From Octopus vulgaris (Eukaryota), in contig OX597814.1 in NCBI GenBank assembly GCA_951406725.2, forward strand, positions 172,050,001-172,114,000: 64,000 nt of DNA. Direction: 5' to 3'. The stretch's first letter is position 1, and every line of letters starts with the position of its first letter. The notes beneath the pieces are model-generated. The model was given only the letters and a program-made list of their open reading frames with translations, was not told the origin of the DNA and ran no database searches. This document shows positions 62,735-64,000 of this stretch, one piece after another. A program made the translations under genes and the position numbers.

Positions 62735-63311
62735 TTCTCTCTGTCTGACACACACATACACATACACACACATATTCTCTGTCTGCCTGTCTCTATCTGC
62801 CTACCTACCTATATATATATGTGTGTGTGTATATGTGTGTGAGTGGGAGTGTGTGTGTGTGTATATGTGTGTGAGTGGGAGTGTGTGTGTGTGTGTATGT
62901 GTACAGAGAATGTGTGAGAGAGACTGTATGTTTCTGTACATGAATACATTGAATTTTTATACGTGTGCGTATGTGTGTGTGTGTGTGTGTGTGTGCATTC
63001 TCCCATTCTCCTTTTTAAAATTCTTATCGTCTTTATTCTTTTATTTCGTTTCGGCGGGGGTGGGGCGGGAGGGAGTGTCTTCTCACACATTTTCCCCTGT
63101 CTCCTTCACCCCTTTAGCTTTTTATTCATCCATCACGTTCTCTCAGCTGGTGTGATATTCTCGGTAGTCACGCTTCACCGCGTTCGCCCGAATCAGATCT
63201 CAGAATTAAACAAAACAAAATAAAAACAAGCAATGAACGAAACAAAACGAACAAAACAAAATCACCACCAGTAATAGCTTATATACACCCTCTAGTTTAA
63301 AAGTATTCTAC

Positions 63312-63383
63312 TTTAAGCAAACCACACAACACCCTTTTTAAGCAAGCCACACAACACCCTTTTTAAGCAAGCCACACAACACC
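63312..63383. repeat. Tandem repeat of about 25 bp, 3 copies (ttttaagcaagccacacaacaccct)
   Basis: Directly visible. Confidence 0.85.
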
Positions 63384-63714
63384 ATATACACGTTAATACG
63401 CTTTTTTCGTCAGACACTATACGTTTCCAGCGACCATCTTCTACACTTTATAATTTTCGTTATTTTGTTCGCCCTCTTCTTTCTTTGTCTTCCATTTTGT
63501 CTTTTTCCAGCTGAATTCAGTTGGTTCTTAGCGAGGTGGGCCTTTTTTTTTCTTTTTGTTATGTCCCCATTGGTTTTAGGGTGAAATAGATATGTGCATG
63601 GATATGTGTGTAAGTAAGTGTATGTAAATCAGTTATGTTTCATTCTGTGTATGAAAGATATGCGTAGGTTATATATATGCATGTGTGTTGTCCTTTTAAT
63701 ATATCTTGCTGATA

Positions 63715-64000
63715 GGTTGCGAGCTGGCAGAATCATTTAGCTCGCCGGGCGAAATGCTTAGCGATATTTCGTCTGCCGCTACGTTCTGAGTTCAAATTCC
63801 GTCGAGGTCGACTTTGCCTTTCATCCTTTCGGGGTCGATTAAATAAGTACCAGTTACTCACTGGGGTTGATATAATCGACTTAATCCGTTTGTCTGTCCA
63901 CTCTGTGTTTAGCCCCTTGTGGGTAATAAAGAAATAGGTATTTCGTCTGCCGCTACGTTCTGAGTTCAAATTCCGCCGAGGTCGACTTTGCCTTTCATCC
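63715..64000 (+). mobile_element. Tx1-tailed family A SINE followed directly by a second copy starting at ggtatttcgtc (runs off the window)
   Basis: ..gggtaataaagaaata|ggtatttcgtctgccgctacg.. Confidence 0.88.

Overview
AT-rich, microsatellite-saturated eukaryotic intronic or intergenic DNA. The SINE families and repeat composition point to a coleoid cephalopod, most likely Octopus (inference). No intact host protein-coding gene is evident; two possible minus-strand exons are noted at low confidence. Nearly all listed ORFs are microsatellite or SINE translations. The window holds two decayed full-length Tc1 transposons, a mariner derivative, a hAT-like MITE, two GGATCTTTTC-ended DNA elements with 8-bp TSDs, three non-autonomous Helitrons and a Helitron-like piece with 23-aa STPR-like repeats. 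It also holds fragments of CR1, R4/Dong and L1/Tx1 LINEs and dozens of tRNA-derived SINEs of three families. Main hunt results: (1) nine hammerhead-ribozyme-like motifs at eight loci, from about six unrelated short elements sitting in (TA)n/(TACA)n/(TCTA)n tracts, two of them forming the arms of a 150-bp-arm palindrome; (2) the young family A SINEs share their 3' tail with the 3' end of the Tx1-like LINE in this window and insert preferentially 5' of RRTATY, repeatedly at one site inside older copies of their own family; (3) several long near-perfect palindromes. All alignments and folds were done by eye, and SINE boundaries are approximate.
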